Virus record (IMG/VR): IMGVR_UViG_3300010366_000012
Coordinates: 11,012 to 75,011 of that record
Length of the DNA: 64,000 nt
Source of the DNA: a virus
Taxonomy: Duplodnaviria > Caudoviricetes
Strand: one strand, 5' to 3'
How positions within the stretch are numbered: position 1 is the first letter of the stretch; every line of letters begins with the position of its first letter. Below, in pieces: positions 9,063-18,202 of this stretch. The notes under the pieces are model-generated. The model had not been told where the DNA came from. It did no database searches and saw only the letters and a program-made list of their open reading frames with translations. Position numbers and translations under genes: made by a program.

Positions 9063-10508
9063 GTGACGTCCCCCGTTGTTGATCTTGTTGGCCCCGGGCT
9101 GACCTCTCTGTGCGCTGACTGCGCTGCAGTTGAGCTGGCTGCTGGCGGGCCGCACGGGTTCAAGCACGGCTGGGTCTGTGTCGATCCCGCCAAGTGCGGG
9201 CACCGCGGCGTCAGCGGGCGCGCTCACACCTCGCGGCTGGTCGCCCGCGACGTCCGCGGGCAGCGCGCCCGGCTGAAGAATGCCTCCCCCTCCCTGGCGG
9301 CCAACCGGGCCACGGCGGCGCTGAAGGGCAAGCGGGGCTCGGACTACCAGCACCTGGCCGCCGCCCGACTGCACGCGGCTGCGGCCAGGTCAGCCAGCTC
9401 GCCGGAGCTGAGGGCGCACCACGACCGGATGGCCAAGATGCACCGGGGCATCGCGGTGCGCACTCCCGGCCGGATGACCGGCGCACCGAAGCGGGACAGC
9501 GCGGGCCGCCAGCTCGGCAAGAACGCGCAGGGCGAAACGACCCGCACGATGCCGGACTTCTCGGGCCGGGGCAAAGGCCCCCCGGAGTTCGAGGCCGGGC
9601 GCAGGGCATCGCAGCAGGGCAAGGGTCCATTCCGCACGCCCCGGCCGCTGCCGTGGCCGGGCAACAAGCGCACGCCCCGGCCGCTACCGTCCTACAGCAA
9701 GCCGATTGGCCCCAACATGGGACAGCTGGGCAAGGCTGCCAAGGGCAGCAACAGGAACCTGTCCAAGGCGAACCGGGCCACGGCGTATGCGGCCGGGCAC
9801 GCGCTGCCGCCGCCGAGCAAGGGCGCACCGCACGGCTTCCCGGTGACCAGCCCCAAGTCCTGGGAGGACGCCCGCAGGGCGGTCGGCCGGGTCAAGTCAC
9901 CGGCCCGGCGCGCTCAGCTGAAGGCGCTGCTGCGCCGCACTGCTGCCCAGTACGGCAAGACCAAGGCGCTGAAGGCGTCCTGGGCGGCAGCCAACACACT
10001 CCCCGGACTGGAGCTTGCCGTGCCTGCATCCCTGGCTGTGACCAGCCCCTACGACGTCATGATCACCCGGGCGCAGGACGGCAGCTCTGCAGTGATACGG
10101 CACCGCCGCGGCGGGGCTGAGATCGGGACGATCAAGAGCACCCCCGAGGGCTGGGTCGCGGTCGCTGGCGGGAAGGATCTGGCCCCGCACACCCGCCAGC
10201 GCGCCGCGCTTCTGGAGCTGATCGGGACGCACAACCGGGCCAGCGGGACGCCCTACCACCGGCCGACCGAGCCGCTGCAGCCTAAGCCCGAGCAGACCGA
10301 GCTGATGCGCCAGTACGGCATCCCCGCGATCCGCGCGATGGCCACGCCCTCGGCCGGTGCCGACGACGGACCCCGGGTCACCACGAACGGGCTGAGCCCC
10401 CGGGGCACGGCGATCTACAAGAAGCTGCGCAGCCGGAACTTCCCGCACGAGCGGGCGCACGCCTTCGCCCGGAGGGCGCAGAACAAGATCCGGGGGCGGG
10501 GCAAGTGA
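9063..10508 (+). CDS. head-associated polyprotein 3 (basic, unknown domains)
   Basis: VVDL, AVEL, GLEL motifs and GFKHGW module; GTGA overlap with the protease gene. Confidence 0.7.
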   Translation: MTSPVVDLVGPGLTSLCADCAAVELAAGGPHGFKHGWVCVDPAKCGHRGVSGRAHTSRLVARDVRGQRARLKNASPSLAANRATAALKGKRGSDYQHLAAARLHAAAARSASSPELRAHHDRMAKMHRGIAVRTPGRMTGAPKRDSAGRQLGKNAQGETTRTMPDFSGRGKGPPEFEAGRRASQQGKGPFRTPRPLPWPGNKRTPRPLPSYSKPIGPNMGQLGKAAKGSNRNLSKANRATAYAAGHALPPPSKGAPHGFPVTSPKSWEDARRAVGRVKSPARRAQLKALLRRTAAQYGKTKALKASWAAANTLPGLELAVPASLAVTSPYDVMITRAQDGSSAVIRHRRGGAEIGTIKSTPEGWVAVAGGKDLAPHTRQRAALLELIGTHNRASGTPYHRPTEPLQPKPEQTELMRQYGIPAIRAMATPSAGADDGPRVTTNGLSPRGTAIYKKLRSRNFPHERAHAFARRAQNKIRGRGK

Positions 10509-11704
10509 GCGTAGCGGTCCTGACCCCGTTCACCGGGGATGACGGGACACAGGCCAGCGGTCGCTGGCGGAAGAAACTGCTGCCCATCGGGGAGATCAAC
10601 TACAAGGGCCGGGTGCTGAAGTTCACCCGCGACTACCTGGCCGGGCTGGTGGACTCCTTCCAGCGCCGTGCCTACGACCAGGTGCCGTTCCAGCTGGCTG
10701 ATTCGGCCAACACGCACACGAATGATGTGGAGCGCACCGGGGGCCAGATCACCGACATGTCCCTGGAGCCAGACGGGCTCTGGATCGAGCTGCAGCCCAC
10801 CGAGCGCGGCGCGCGGGTGCTGGCTGACAACCCCGGTGTCGGCGTGTCCGCCCGGATTGTCGAGCAGTACGAGCGCTCGGACGGCGAGCACTTTCCCCGC
10901 GCGGTGCAGCACGTGCTCTGCACGCTGGACCCCCGCATCCCCGGCATGGGCGGCTGGGAAGCCGTCGCAGCCTCCAACGATGCCGCAGAGATCACGATCG
11001 ACCTCTCCGGCGAGCACTTCACAGGAACGGAGATCTCCATGCCGGAGCTGACTAAGGACCAGCAGGACAAGCTGGCCCAGCTGCTGGACCTGGACCCCGC
11101 CAAGCTGGCTGCGCTGGTGGCCAGCCAGGAGGGCGGCGGGATCAGCCCTGAGGCCGTCGCGGCGCTGGACGGTGACGCCGACGCCGACGACGCGGAGGCA
11201 GCCGAGGTGGCCAGGTGGATCGACGGGCTGACCGATGACCAGCTGGCCGAGCTGGAAGCCGAGCTGGAAGCCGAGGATGGCGAGCGCGAGCCCGAGCCCG
11301 CGGCGCTGTCTGGCGAGGACGCCTCCGCGGTGGAGCTGGCCCAGGCCACGGGTGACGAGGCGCTGCGGCAGCTGGCGATCGTCAACGGCCAGCTGGACAG
11401 CGAGCGGTGGCAGAACGAGCGCCGCAAGCTGGTGGCTGCGGGCACCCCGCCGTTCATCGCGGACCTGGCCCAGCCACTGCTGGAGGGCGCGGGCCACGTG
11501 GTGGACCTGGCCAACGGCAAGTCCGTGGACGCCGGGCTGATCGTCCGCAAGATCCTCACCGAGTTCCAGAAGCTCGGCCAGCAGCTCGGCCTCGGCATCG
11601 AGCTGGGCACCGAGGCGGACGAGCCGGAGGACACCACCGTCGAGGACTCCCGCAACGACGTGGTGACCCGGGCCAAGGCGCAGCTGTTTGGCATCCGCTC
11701 ATGA
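10505..11704 (+). CDS. Mu gpI-like prohead protease/scaffold fusion
   Basis: N-terminal LLPIGEINY..FT, VSARI, HVLCTLDPRIPGM motifs; acidic coiled-coil C-terminus; upstream of capsid genes. Confidence 0.8.
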   Translation: MSVAVLTPFTGDDGTQASGRWRKKLLPIGEINYKGRVLKFTRDYLAGLVDSFQRRAYDQVPFQLADSANTHTNDVERTGGQITDMSLEPDGLWIELQPTERGARVLADNPGVGVSARIVEQYERSDGEHFPRAVQHVLCTLDPRIPGMGGWEAVAASNDAAEITIDLSGEHFTGTEISMPELTKDQQDKLAQLLDLDPAKLAALVASQEGGGISPEAVAALDGDADADDAEAAEVARWIDGLTDDQLAELEAELEAEDGEREPEPAALSGEDASAVELAQATGDEALRQLAIVNGQLDSERWQNERRKLVAAGTPPFIADLAQPLLEGAGHVVDLANGKSVDAGLIVRKILTEFQKLGQQLGLGIELGTEADEPEDTTVEDSRNDVVTRAKAQLFGIRS

Positions 11705-11904
11705 GCCGCCAGGTGATCACCAAGACGGTGACGATCGCCGGGTCCGGCTATGCCAGCCCGGCCCGGCTGCTCGTGGCCGGGACGGTGGTCGAGCTGTCGG
11801 CTGCCGAGCAGGCCGCCGTCACTGGCGCAGGCGGCACGTTCCGCGCCACCAGTTACCGCGACCAGTGCGCGCTCAACTACGGCGTCACCAATTCAAGCGG
11901 CTAG
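11701..11904 (+). CDS. small head-region protein
   Basis: ATGA overlap; AGTVVEL motif shared with three neighbours. Confidence 0.65.
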   Translation: MSRQVITKTVTIAGSGYASPARLLVAGTVVELSAAEQAAVTGAGGTFRATSYRDQCALNYGVTNSSG

Positions 11905-11916
11905 GAGGCCAGCACA

Positions 11917-12414
11917 ATGACCGCGGTTCTCCCGCACTACAAGGAAGGACCAGCCTCATACCAGGTCAGTGCGCTGATCTTCGGTGGCCAGCTGGTCGAG
12001 AACACGACGCAGACCGCGGGCACGACCGACCTGACGGTCAAGCCCTGCGTGGCCGCGTCGGTCCACTGCCTCGGGGTGGCAGGCAAGGACGGCAACGTGC
12101 TGTCTAGCCAGATCCCCCCGGCAACCAACACTTACGGCGAGCCCCAGCTGGACATCAGCGTGCTGGACGACTTCATCAGCGTCTATCACGGCCCGGTGGA
12201 CATCTGGGTGTGGTACTCCGCTGCCTGCACGCCGGGGATCAAGCTGCTCTGCACCGCCAACGGCTGCGTCGGCCCGGCCGGTGCGGGGCCAGCGGCTGAC
12301 CAGGTGGTCGGCATTTGCACTCATCCAGGCGGCGTAGCTGCCGCGCAGCTCACCCAGCAGATCGGCGGGCTAGGAGCCAGCAGCTTCTTCCTGGGCCGAG
12401 CCCGGATCTTCTGA
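11917..12414 (+). CDS. probable capsid decoration/cement protein
   Basis: RBS AGGAGG; size, beta-rich composition and position between protease and capsid. Confidence 0.6.
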   Translation: MTAVLPHYKEGPASYQVSALIFGGQLVENTTQTAGTTDLTVKPCVAASVHCLGVAGKDGNVLSSQIPPATNTYGEPQLDISVLDDFISVYHGPVDIWVWYSAACTPGIKLLCTANGCVGPAGAGPAADQVVGICTHPGGVAAAQLTQQIGGLGASSFFLGRARIF

Positions 12415-12427
12415 AAGGAGCTGACCG

Positions 12428-13339
12428 ATGCCGGTCGCAGCACGCGGGTACAGCGATGGCCCCAGAGTCACTGTCAACGAGCTGATCAAAGATCCGCTGA
12501 CGATCCCGCAGCTGATCTTGGATCTGTCGCAGAACGAGTTCATCGTGGACTCCGTTCTGCGCAACGGCGGCAACACGCCGAGCGGCGCGGTGCGCTACAG
12601 CGAGAGCACGCCGCTGTACGCCGACGACTTCCCCGAGATCCGCGCCGAGTTCGCTGAGGTGCCGATCGTCCCGACGTCCATCGGCGTCCCCCGCGTGGTG
12701 TTCAGCCACGAGCGGGCCATGGCGATCATGGTCAGCGACGAAATGCGCCGCCGTCAGGTTGTCGATCCGGTAACCAGGCAGCTACTCCAAGTCAAAAACA
12801 CGATGGTCTATTCGTGGAACACGGCTTTCTACAGCGCCGTGGTGGCGAATGCGTCCATTCAGACATTGGCGGTGGCAAACACCTGGGCATCGGCGGCAGC
12901 GACCATTCGTGCCGACCTCGCGCAAGCCTGCTACCTGGTGGAGAACGCCTCAACAACGGCTCCATCCGGGCTGACACAATGGCTCAGCTTCGAGGCCGAT
13001 ACCTTGATCATCAACCACGGGACAAAGAACACGCTTTTGCAGAGCAATACGTTTGCTGCCCCTTATGTGGGTGACATCGCGTCCGAGAACTTGCTGTACA
13101 CGGGCGTGCTGCCACAGAAGATCTTGAACCTCGACGTCATGGTCAGCCGCCAGGTGCCCGCGGGCAACGCGATCGTCATGCAGCGCCAGCGGTGCGGCTT
13201 CTACTCCGACGAGCTGCCCTACACGGCCGGTCCGCTGTACCGCGACGAGCCCCGCAAGACGTGGCGCAGCGACACCCAGCGGGCCAGCGCGCTCGGGCTC
13301 GACCAGCCACTGGCCATCGTCCTGCTCTCGGGAGTCTGA
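12428..13339 (+). CDS. major capsid protein
   Basis: RBS AAAGGAG; 303 aa with HK97-fold-like features (RAEFAEVP, C-terminal LGLDQPLAIVLLSGV); synteny. Confidence 0.85.
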   Translation: MPVAARGYSDGPRVTVNELIKDPLTIPQLILDLSQNEFIVDSVLRNGGNTPSGAVRYSESTPLYADDFPEIRAEFAEVPIVPTSIGVPRVVFSHERAMAIMVSDEMRRRQVVDPVTRQLLQVKNTMVYSWNTAFYSAVVANASIQTLAVANTWASAAATIRADLAQACYLVENASTTAPSGLTQWLSFEADTLIINHGTKNTLLQSNTFAAPYVGDIASENLLYTGVLPQKILNLDVMVSRQVPAGNAIVMQRQRCGFYSDELPYTAGPLYRDEPRKTWRSDTQRASALGLDQPLAIVLLSGV

Positions 13340-13767
13340 TGTCTGCCTACCAAGCCCTCGTCAACCTGTCCGTGCCGCGCAAGGGCGACCCGGGCAAGGA
13401 AACCGACCTGGTGATGGCCGGGGAGACGGTGGACCTGACCGACGACGTGGCCGACCTGTTCCGGCCGCCGAATCGGGCCATGGCCATGATCCGCCCGGCT
13501 GCAGAGGCTGACCCGCTCCCGAAGATCCACCCCCGGCAGCTCTCAGGGATCAAGGTCAACCCGCGCACCGGAAAGCTGATCGGCGTCCCGGGTCCGGGCG
13601 CGGATGCCCGTGCCGACCCGGAGGGCAGCTCGCAGGTGATCATCACCGAGCCCCCGGAGGCGAACGAGCCGCAGCTGGACAGCGAGAATCGGCTGCCCGT
13701 GGACGCGGTGGACATCCAGCCGAACCGCGGCAGCCGCCGAGCCCCAGCACGGGCGGGGGCGAAGTGA
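13339..13767 (+). CDS. hypothetical head-region protein
   Basis: TGATG overlap with capsid stop; AGETVDL motif. Confidence 0.7.
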   Translation: MSAYQALVNLSVPRKGDPGKETDLVMAGETVDLTDDVADLFRPPNRAMAMIRPAAEADPLPKIHPRQLSGIKVNPRTGKLIGVPGPGADARADPEGSSQVIITEPPEANEPQLDSENRLPVDAVDIQPNRGSRRAPARAGAK

Positions 13768-13770
13768 GCC

Positions 13771-14193
13771 ATGGCCGTAGCCGTCCCGACTGCGATCCGG
13801 CTGAGCTGCCCGCGCTGCCGGACACTGCGGGTGTTCGGGGCGATCGACGGGGCCACGACATTCCGGTGCTCGGCGTGTGAGTGGTACTACACGCTGTCCG
13901 CAGCCGCACCGACTGGCACCTCGAACGCGGTGCTGGCGGCCGGGGGGACGGCGATCGGGGTGGCCTCCGGTGGCGCATCCTTCACCAACGGGATGATCCT
14001 GCTTTACGACACCGGCCAGCTCACCGAGGTTCTCACGGTCAACGGCTCAGCCACGGCCACCTCGATCCCCGTGACCGCCGCTTCCCGCGGGCACAGCTCC
14101 GCGGCCACGTTCGGCCAGCTGGCTATCGCCCCGCGCGACAGCGGCATCGGCGTGGGCGATGCGGTGATACCGGCCCCGGGCTGGGGGTTCTGA
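13771..14193 (+). CDS. hypothetical protein with N-terminal Zn ribbon
   Basis: CPRC...CSAC; operon packing. Confidence 0.7.
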   Translation: MAVAVPTAIRLSCPRCRTLRVFGAIDGATTFRCSACEWYYTLSAAAPTGTSNAVLAAGGTAIGVASGGASFTNGMILLYDTGQLTEVLTVNGSATATSIPVTAASRGHSSAATFGQLAIAPRDSGIGVGDAVIPAPGWGF

Positions 14194-14465
14194 TGGCCAT
14201 CAACCGCTACGTGGTCACGACCGCCGTCGTTGTGTCCCCCGGTGCCGCGGCAACCGTTGTGGCTGGCGAGCCCGGCACCGGGGGACCGGCCGGGTTCGGC
14301 GGCGCACCGACCACGGGCGGGCCGCTGATGCCGCTCACGCTGAAGCCCAACCAGGTGATCATGCTCGACCCGGCTGGCCCGCTGTACACCGCGATCGGCG
14401 CGGGCAACCTGCGGGCCTGGGTGGACGGCCAGGACACCGTGGGCCACGCCGGGCTTACCAACTAG
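14193..14465 (+). CDS. hypothetical head-region protein
   Basis: TGATG overlap; operon packing. Confidence 0.65.
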   Translation: MAINRYVVTTAVVVSPGAAATVVAGEPGTGGPAGFGGAPTTGGPLMPLTLKPNQVIMLDPAGPLYTAIGAGNLRAWVDGQDTVGHAGLTN

Positions 14466-14476
14466 GAGGTAGGGAC

Positions 14477-14674
14477 GTGGCAGCCAACCCCCGCATGGTG
14501 ATCGCCAACGCGGACGTGCCGTGGGACGGCGGGGTGTTCCACGCCAAGGCGGGCACCGTGGTGGACATCCCCGCGGGCCACCCGCTGGAGGCTGCCTACG
14601 GCGGTGTGACCAACCTGCTGCAGCTCGACACCGCCAGCCAGCAGGCGGTGTCAGCGGGGAGCGGGCCTGGGTGA
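14477..14674 (+). CDS. small head-region protein
   Basis: RBS AGGAGG; AGTVVDI motif. Confidence 0.7.
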   Translation: MAANPRMVIANADVPWDGGVFHAKAGTVVDIPAGHPLEAAYGGVTNLLQLDTASQQAVSAGSGPG

Positions 14675-15192
14675 CGACGCCGACCGCGGCTCTCTACGCC
14701 GATGTCTCTGACCTGCGCCTGGTGCTGGACAGCACCGACGCGGGCACGGGCACGGCTGCCCAGCTGCCAGATGACCAGCTGACTCTCGCGCTGCAGGAAG
14801 CCAGCGACCGGGTGAGCCTGTACACCGGCTCGGTCTACGACCCGGCCAGCGTGCCCAGCATCATCCGCAGCCTGACCCTCGACCTGGCCGCCTGGTGGGC
14901 ATGGACCTACTACAGCAAGTCCAAGGAAATGGGTCCGAACCACCCGGTGGTGCTGCGGTACACCGAGGCCAAGAACGTGCTGGAGTCCATCCGCAAGGGC
15001 GAGATCTCCATCGACGTCGGCGGGGTCGAGGCCGCCGCGACTGCCCATGTGATCAACACGATCCCCAACATCTTCAGCCCCGAGGACAGCAACACCCGCT
15101 ATGACCGCAGCACTGGCTACCTGGCCGTGGACACGCCACCGGACTCTGGCCCCGGCCGCCGTTCCCTGCTGGATCAGTGGGGGCCGTACTGA
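14671..15192 (+). CDS. head-to-tail adaptor (Mu gp36/DUF1320-like)
   Basis: YADVSDL..AS..V..Y...Y..LT.DLA...RY.EAK..LE.I.KG pattern. Confidence 0.8.
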   Translation: MTTPTAALYADVSDLRLVLDSTDAGTGTAAQLPDDQLTLALQEASDRVSLYTGSVYDPASVPSIIRSLTLDLAAWWAWTYYSKSKEMGPNHPVVLRYTEAKNVLESIRKGEISIDVGGVEAAATAHVINTIPNIFSPEDSNTRYDRSTGYLAVDTPPDSGPGRRSLLDQWGPY

Positions 15193-15713
15193 TGCCCGGC
15201 ACCGCCGCGCTGCGGCTGCGCGAGCTGCTGGACCGCACGCACAGCGGGACCGGCCTGCTGGAGGGCTCGGTCACCGTGGATCAGGTCTATGCCCACTACC
15301 AGCATGAGCGGCTGGACCTGCATCACCCGCGCGGCGGTGAGGCGAAGTACCTGGAGCGACCGCTGTTCGAGCACTTCGCCAGCTACCTCACTGCCATCGC
15401 CGCTGGCTACCTCGATGACGGCGGCGAGCGGGCGATGTCCCGCTCGATGGAGCACCTGTCCGACCAGGCCGAGCTGCGTGCGCCGTGGGAGTTCGGTGAC
15501 CTGATGCACTCCGGCCATCCGCAGGTCACCCGGGGGATGCGCGACGTTTATGACCGGCCGCCGAAGCGGCACCGGCTGACGAAGCCCGAGCTGCAGCTGA
15601 AGGCCACCTGGCGGCTGGACCGGCCGGACATGCGCAACCTCAAAGGCTGGATCTACTGGCACTGCACGGTGAGGGGCCGGATGGGCCTGCCGCCGCCGAG
15701 GCGGTCGTCATGA
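15192..15713 (+). CDS. neck/tail-completion protein (HK97 gp10-like, tentative)
   Basis: YAHYQHE..HPRGGEAKYLERPL motif; synteny. Confidence 0.6.
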   Translation: MPGTAALRLRELLDRTHSGTGLLEGSVTVDQVYAHYQHERLDLHHPRGGEAKYLERPLFEHFASYLTAIAAGYLDDGGERAMSRSMEHLSDQAELRAPWEFGDLMHSGHPQVTRGMRDVYDRPPKRHRLTKPELQLKATWRLDRPDMRNLKGWIYWHCTVRGRMGLPPPRRSS

Positions 15714-16120
15714 CCGCGCAGACAAAAGTGATCATCGACTTCATCACAGGGCTCGGGTGGGATGACCGCCAGGAGCTGGGCTACCCGCTGTTCCCCGGCC
15801 CGTATGTCCCCGACGAGCCCGATCGCTGTGTCGTGGTCACCGGGGGCAGCGGGCCGGGCTACCTCACCGAAGAGCCCGCCACGGACGGCTCGAACTTCCA
15901 GGCCCGCATCCGGGGGCCGCAGGAGTCACCGTTCGAGGCCGAAGAGGTGGCCCAGCTGCTCGACGCGCTGATCCTGGGTGCCCGCTTCCCGGTGCAGGTG
16001 GACGGGACGTGGATCGTCCACTGCTCGCGCATCGGCTCCGGCCCGACCCCGCTGCCCTGGAACCCGGCTGACCGGCGCACCGAGCTGACCAGCAACTACC
16101 TGATCGTGACGGGAGTCTGA
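15710..16120 (+). CDS. tail terminator-like protein
   Basis: GPYVPDEPDRCVVVT, FQARIRG, D.R.ELTSNY; synteny. Confidence 0.7.
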   Translation: MTAQTKVIIDFITGLGWDDRQELGYPLFPGPYVPDEPDRCVVVTGGSGPGYLTEEPATDGSNFQARIRGPQESPFEAEEVAQLLDALILGARFPVQVDGTWIVHCSRIGSGPTPLPWNPADRRTELTSNYLIVTGV

Positions 16121-16121
16121 C

Positions 16122-16598
16122 ATGGCCACTGGACCGCGGGTCACGTTGCAGCCGATCCCCTTCAACCTCGGTGCGCCCGGGGCCACCTACATTGTCGCCA
16201 CCACGCCCGGCTACGACCTCGGCTCGCCATCCGCGATCACTGCCTGGAGCACCACGCTCGGCGTGATGATCCCCAACCCGTCCGGCAACGTCATCCTCGG
16301 CTATGCCTGCGGAGCCACGCTAGGCGGCACCTGCCAGGTGCTGGTCGGGGACGTGGTGGATGGCACGGTGCTGCCTGCCACCCAGCGCCAGTACACGATC
16401 GCCGCCAACAGCCAGGGCTGGCTCGGCCCGTGGTCCCCGCAGACCGTCAACCAGCAGGCCCCGACCGCCGTGACCTATGCCGGGGCGATCAACACCCAGG
16501 CCCTGACCGCCGCGGCGCAGGGCTGCGTGGTCATCGACTTCACCACGACCACCACGCTGGCCGTCCGCGCCTACTCCCTGATTCCGGTCCTGCCGTAG
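16122..16598 (+). CDS. virion structural protein, unknown
   Basis: operon packing, beta-rich. Confidence 0.6.
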   Translation: MATGPRVTLQPIPFNLGAPGATYIVATTPGYDLGSPSAITAWSTTLGVMIPNPSGNVILGYACGATLGGTCQVLVGDVVDGTVLPATQRQYTIAANSQGWLGPWSPQTVNQQAPTAVTYAGAINTQALTAAAQGCVVIDFTTTTTLAVRAYSLIPVLP

Positions 16599-16608
16599 GA
16601 GGCCAGCA

Positions 16609-16899
16609 ATGACCGAGCCCGCACAGCCCGCCAAGGCCGCCGCGGCACCCAGCAAGCCCGCCACCGGCCCGCTGTCCGCGGCCGAGCAGGACCAGCTCAC
16701 CACGCTGCAGGCTCGCCAGGCTGCTGCCGCCGTGGCCGCTGGCGAGGCGGTCGTGATGAAGGTCGGGGGCGGCCACGAGTCCATCACCTACGGCGGCGTG
16801 ACCGTCACCACCGAGCCCACCACCGTGCCCGCAGGCATGGCCGCCGCCCTGGTCGAGGCGGCGGCTGATGCGGGCGTGACGATCACCCAGGAGAGCTGA
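16609..16899 (+). CDS. hypothetical protein
   Basis: RBS AGGAGG; operon packing. Confidence 0.65.
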   Translation: MTEPAQPAKAAAAPSKPATGPLSAAEQDQLTTLQARQAAAAVAAGEAVVMKVGGGHESITYGGVTVTTEPTTVPAGMAAALVEAAADAGVTITQES

Positions 16900-16900
16900 C

Positions 16901-17509
16901 ATGGCCGGTCCGCCACTCGTCTACACCCCGCCGTCCTACACGACGACAAATGTCTTGTACGGAGTAGGAATACTGTTCACCGCCATCCCGGGCACCGCGC
17001 TGCCCAGCGATCAGAACCTGGGCGTGGCATCGGCCTGGACCGCGCTGGGCTGGGCGTATGTCGGCGCGACCGAGGCGGGCGTGACCGTCACGTTCAACCC
17101 CTCGACCCAGGACATCAATGTCGAGGAACAGCCGACGCCCGTCGCGGTGATCGTCAACACGGCCACGCTGCAGATCACCTGCTCGCTGTCAGAAGAGACG
17201 CTGACCAACGTCAATCTCGCCTGGGGCAACGGGGGCAGCGTGGCGGTGACCCCGGCCGGGGCAGGCCAGCCGGGCAAGTCGGTGCTCACGCTCTCCACCA
17301 ACTTCGCCTCGATGGCCTGCGCGGTGATCGGCAAGAACCAGTCCGGCTTCGCCCGGGTGCTGTCGGTCCCGTCCGTCATGAGCGCGGGCCAGGTGCAGAC
17401 CGCCTACCGCAGGGCTGCCCAGCAGCGGCTGTACCCGCTCACGCTCAATGCTGTCTGCCCGTTCAGCCAGATCACCTGGACCGACCTGACCGCCATTGCC
17501 ACCAGCTAG
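16901..17509 (+). CDS. major tail protein
   Basis: W.YVGATEAGV.V, size and position before chaperone/tape measure. Confidence 0.8.
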   Translation: MAGPPLVYTPPSYTTTNVLYGVGILFTAIPGTALPSDQNLGVASAWTALGWAYVGATEAGVTVTFNPSTQDINVEEQPTPVAVIVNTATLQITCSLSEETLTNVNLAWGNGGSVAVTPAGAGQPGKSVLTLSTNFASMACAVIGKNQSGFARVLSVPSVMSAGQVQTAYRRAAQQRLYPLTLNAVCPFSQITWTDLTAIATS

Positions 17510-17519
17510 GGAGCTGCCC

Positions 17520-17951
17520 ATGCCGTCGTTCGATGCCGGGGCCGTTGTCGAGGCGCTCACATGGGATTTTCACGGGGCCGGAGTCAAGGCGAAGGGCACC
17601 ATTCCCGAGCCGACCGACCGGGCGATCGGGGACTTCCTCGACGGCCTGCGCAAGCTGTACACCGAGGCGCAGGGCACCGCGAGCATGCCCGAGAACGCCA
17701 CGCCCGATCAGATGCTCGAAGCCCTCTCGTCCCTGACCGGCGACAAGTTCGTCAAGTTCATGGCCGACACCGCGCAGCTGTTCGCAGACCTGTGCGGCGG
17801 CAGGCCATCCCAGGAGCAGCTGCTCGGGCTCCCGATGCGCGTGCGCGTGGCGTTCTACAGCTGGCTGCAGTCCGAGGTGGTGTCCCCGGAAGCCGGACCC
17901 GGCGCTGGAACAGCGGTAGTGAGATCGCTGCCTACCGCCAGCGCCGGATAG
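17520..17951 (+). CDS. tail assembly chaperone (G-like)
   Basis: position between major tail and tape measure genes. Confidence 0.75.
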   Translation: MPSFDAGAVVEALTWDFHGAGVKAKGTIPEPTDRAIGDFLDGLRKLYTEAQGTASMPENATPDQMLEALSSLTGDKFVKFMADTAQLFADLCGGRPSQEQLLGLPMRVRVAFYSWLQSEVVSPEAGPGAGTAVVRSLPTASAG

Positions 17952-18202
17952 AGCTGTTCATCGCCCGGCGCTACTTCCAGCTCAGCCCGGACGAGTGGGA
18001 CGCGCTGCCGTGGGACATTCACCGCGCCTACCTGGACGGCCTGCAAGAGGACGGCACGCTGACCCGCGAAGAGGGCGAGGCGATGCCGAGCGCAGCTGAG
18101 GGCGGGCCGCAGCAGCGCACCGCGCAGACCGCTACCGACGTGATCTCGCTCAGTGACATGCGCGCCGAGCTGGAGCAACGGAAGCGGGGGGAGGTGACCT
18201 GA
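17885..18202 (+). CDS. tail assembly chaperone -1 frameshift extension (GT-like)
   Basis: overlapping -1 frame ORF with LSPDEWDALP motif and no good start; candidate slippery site C CCG GAA at 17885-17891. Confidence 0.6.
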   Translation, partial: PGSRTRRWNSGSEIAAYRQRRIELFIARRYFQLSPDEWDALPWDIHRAYLDGLQEDGTLTREEGEAMPSAAEGGPQQRTAQTATDVISLSDMRAELEQRKRGEVT

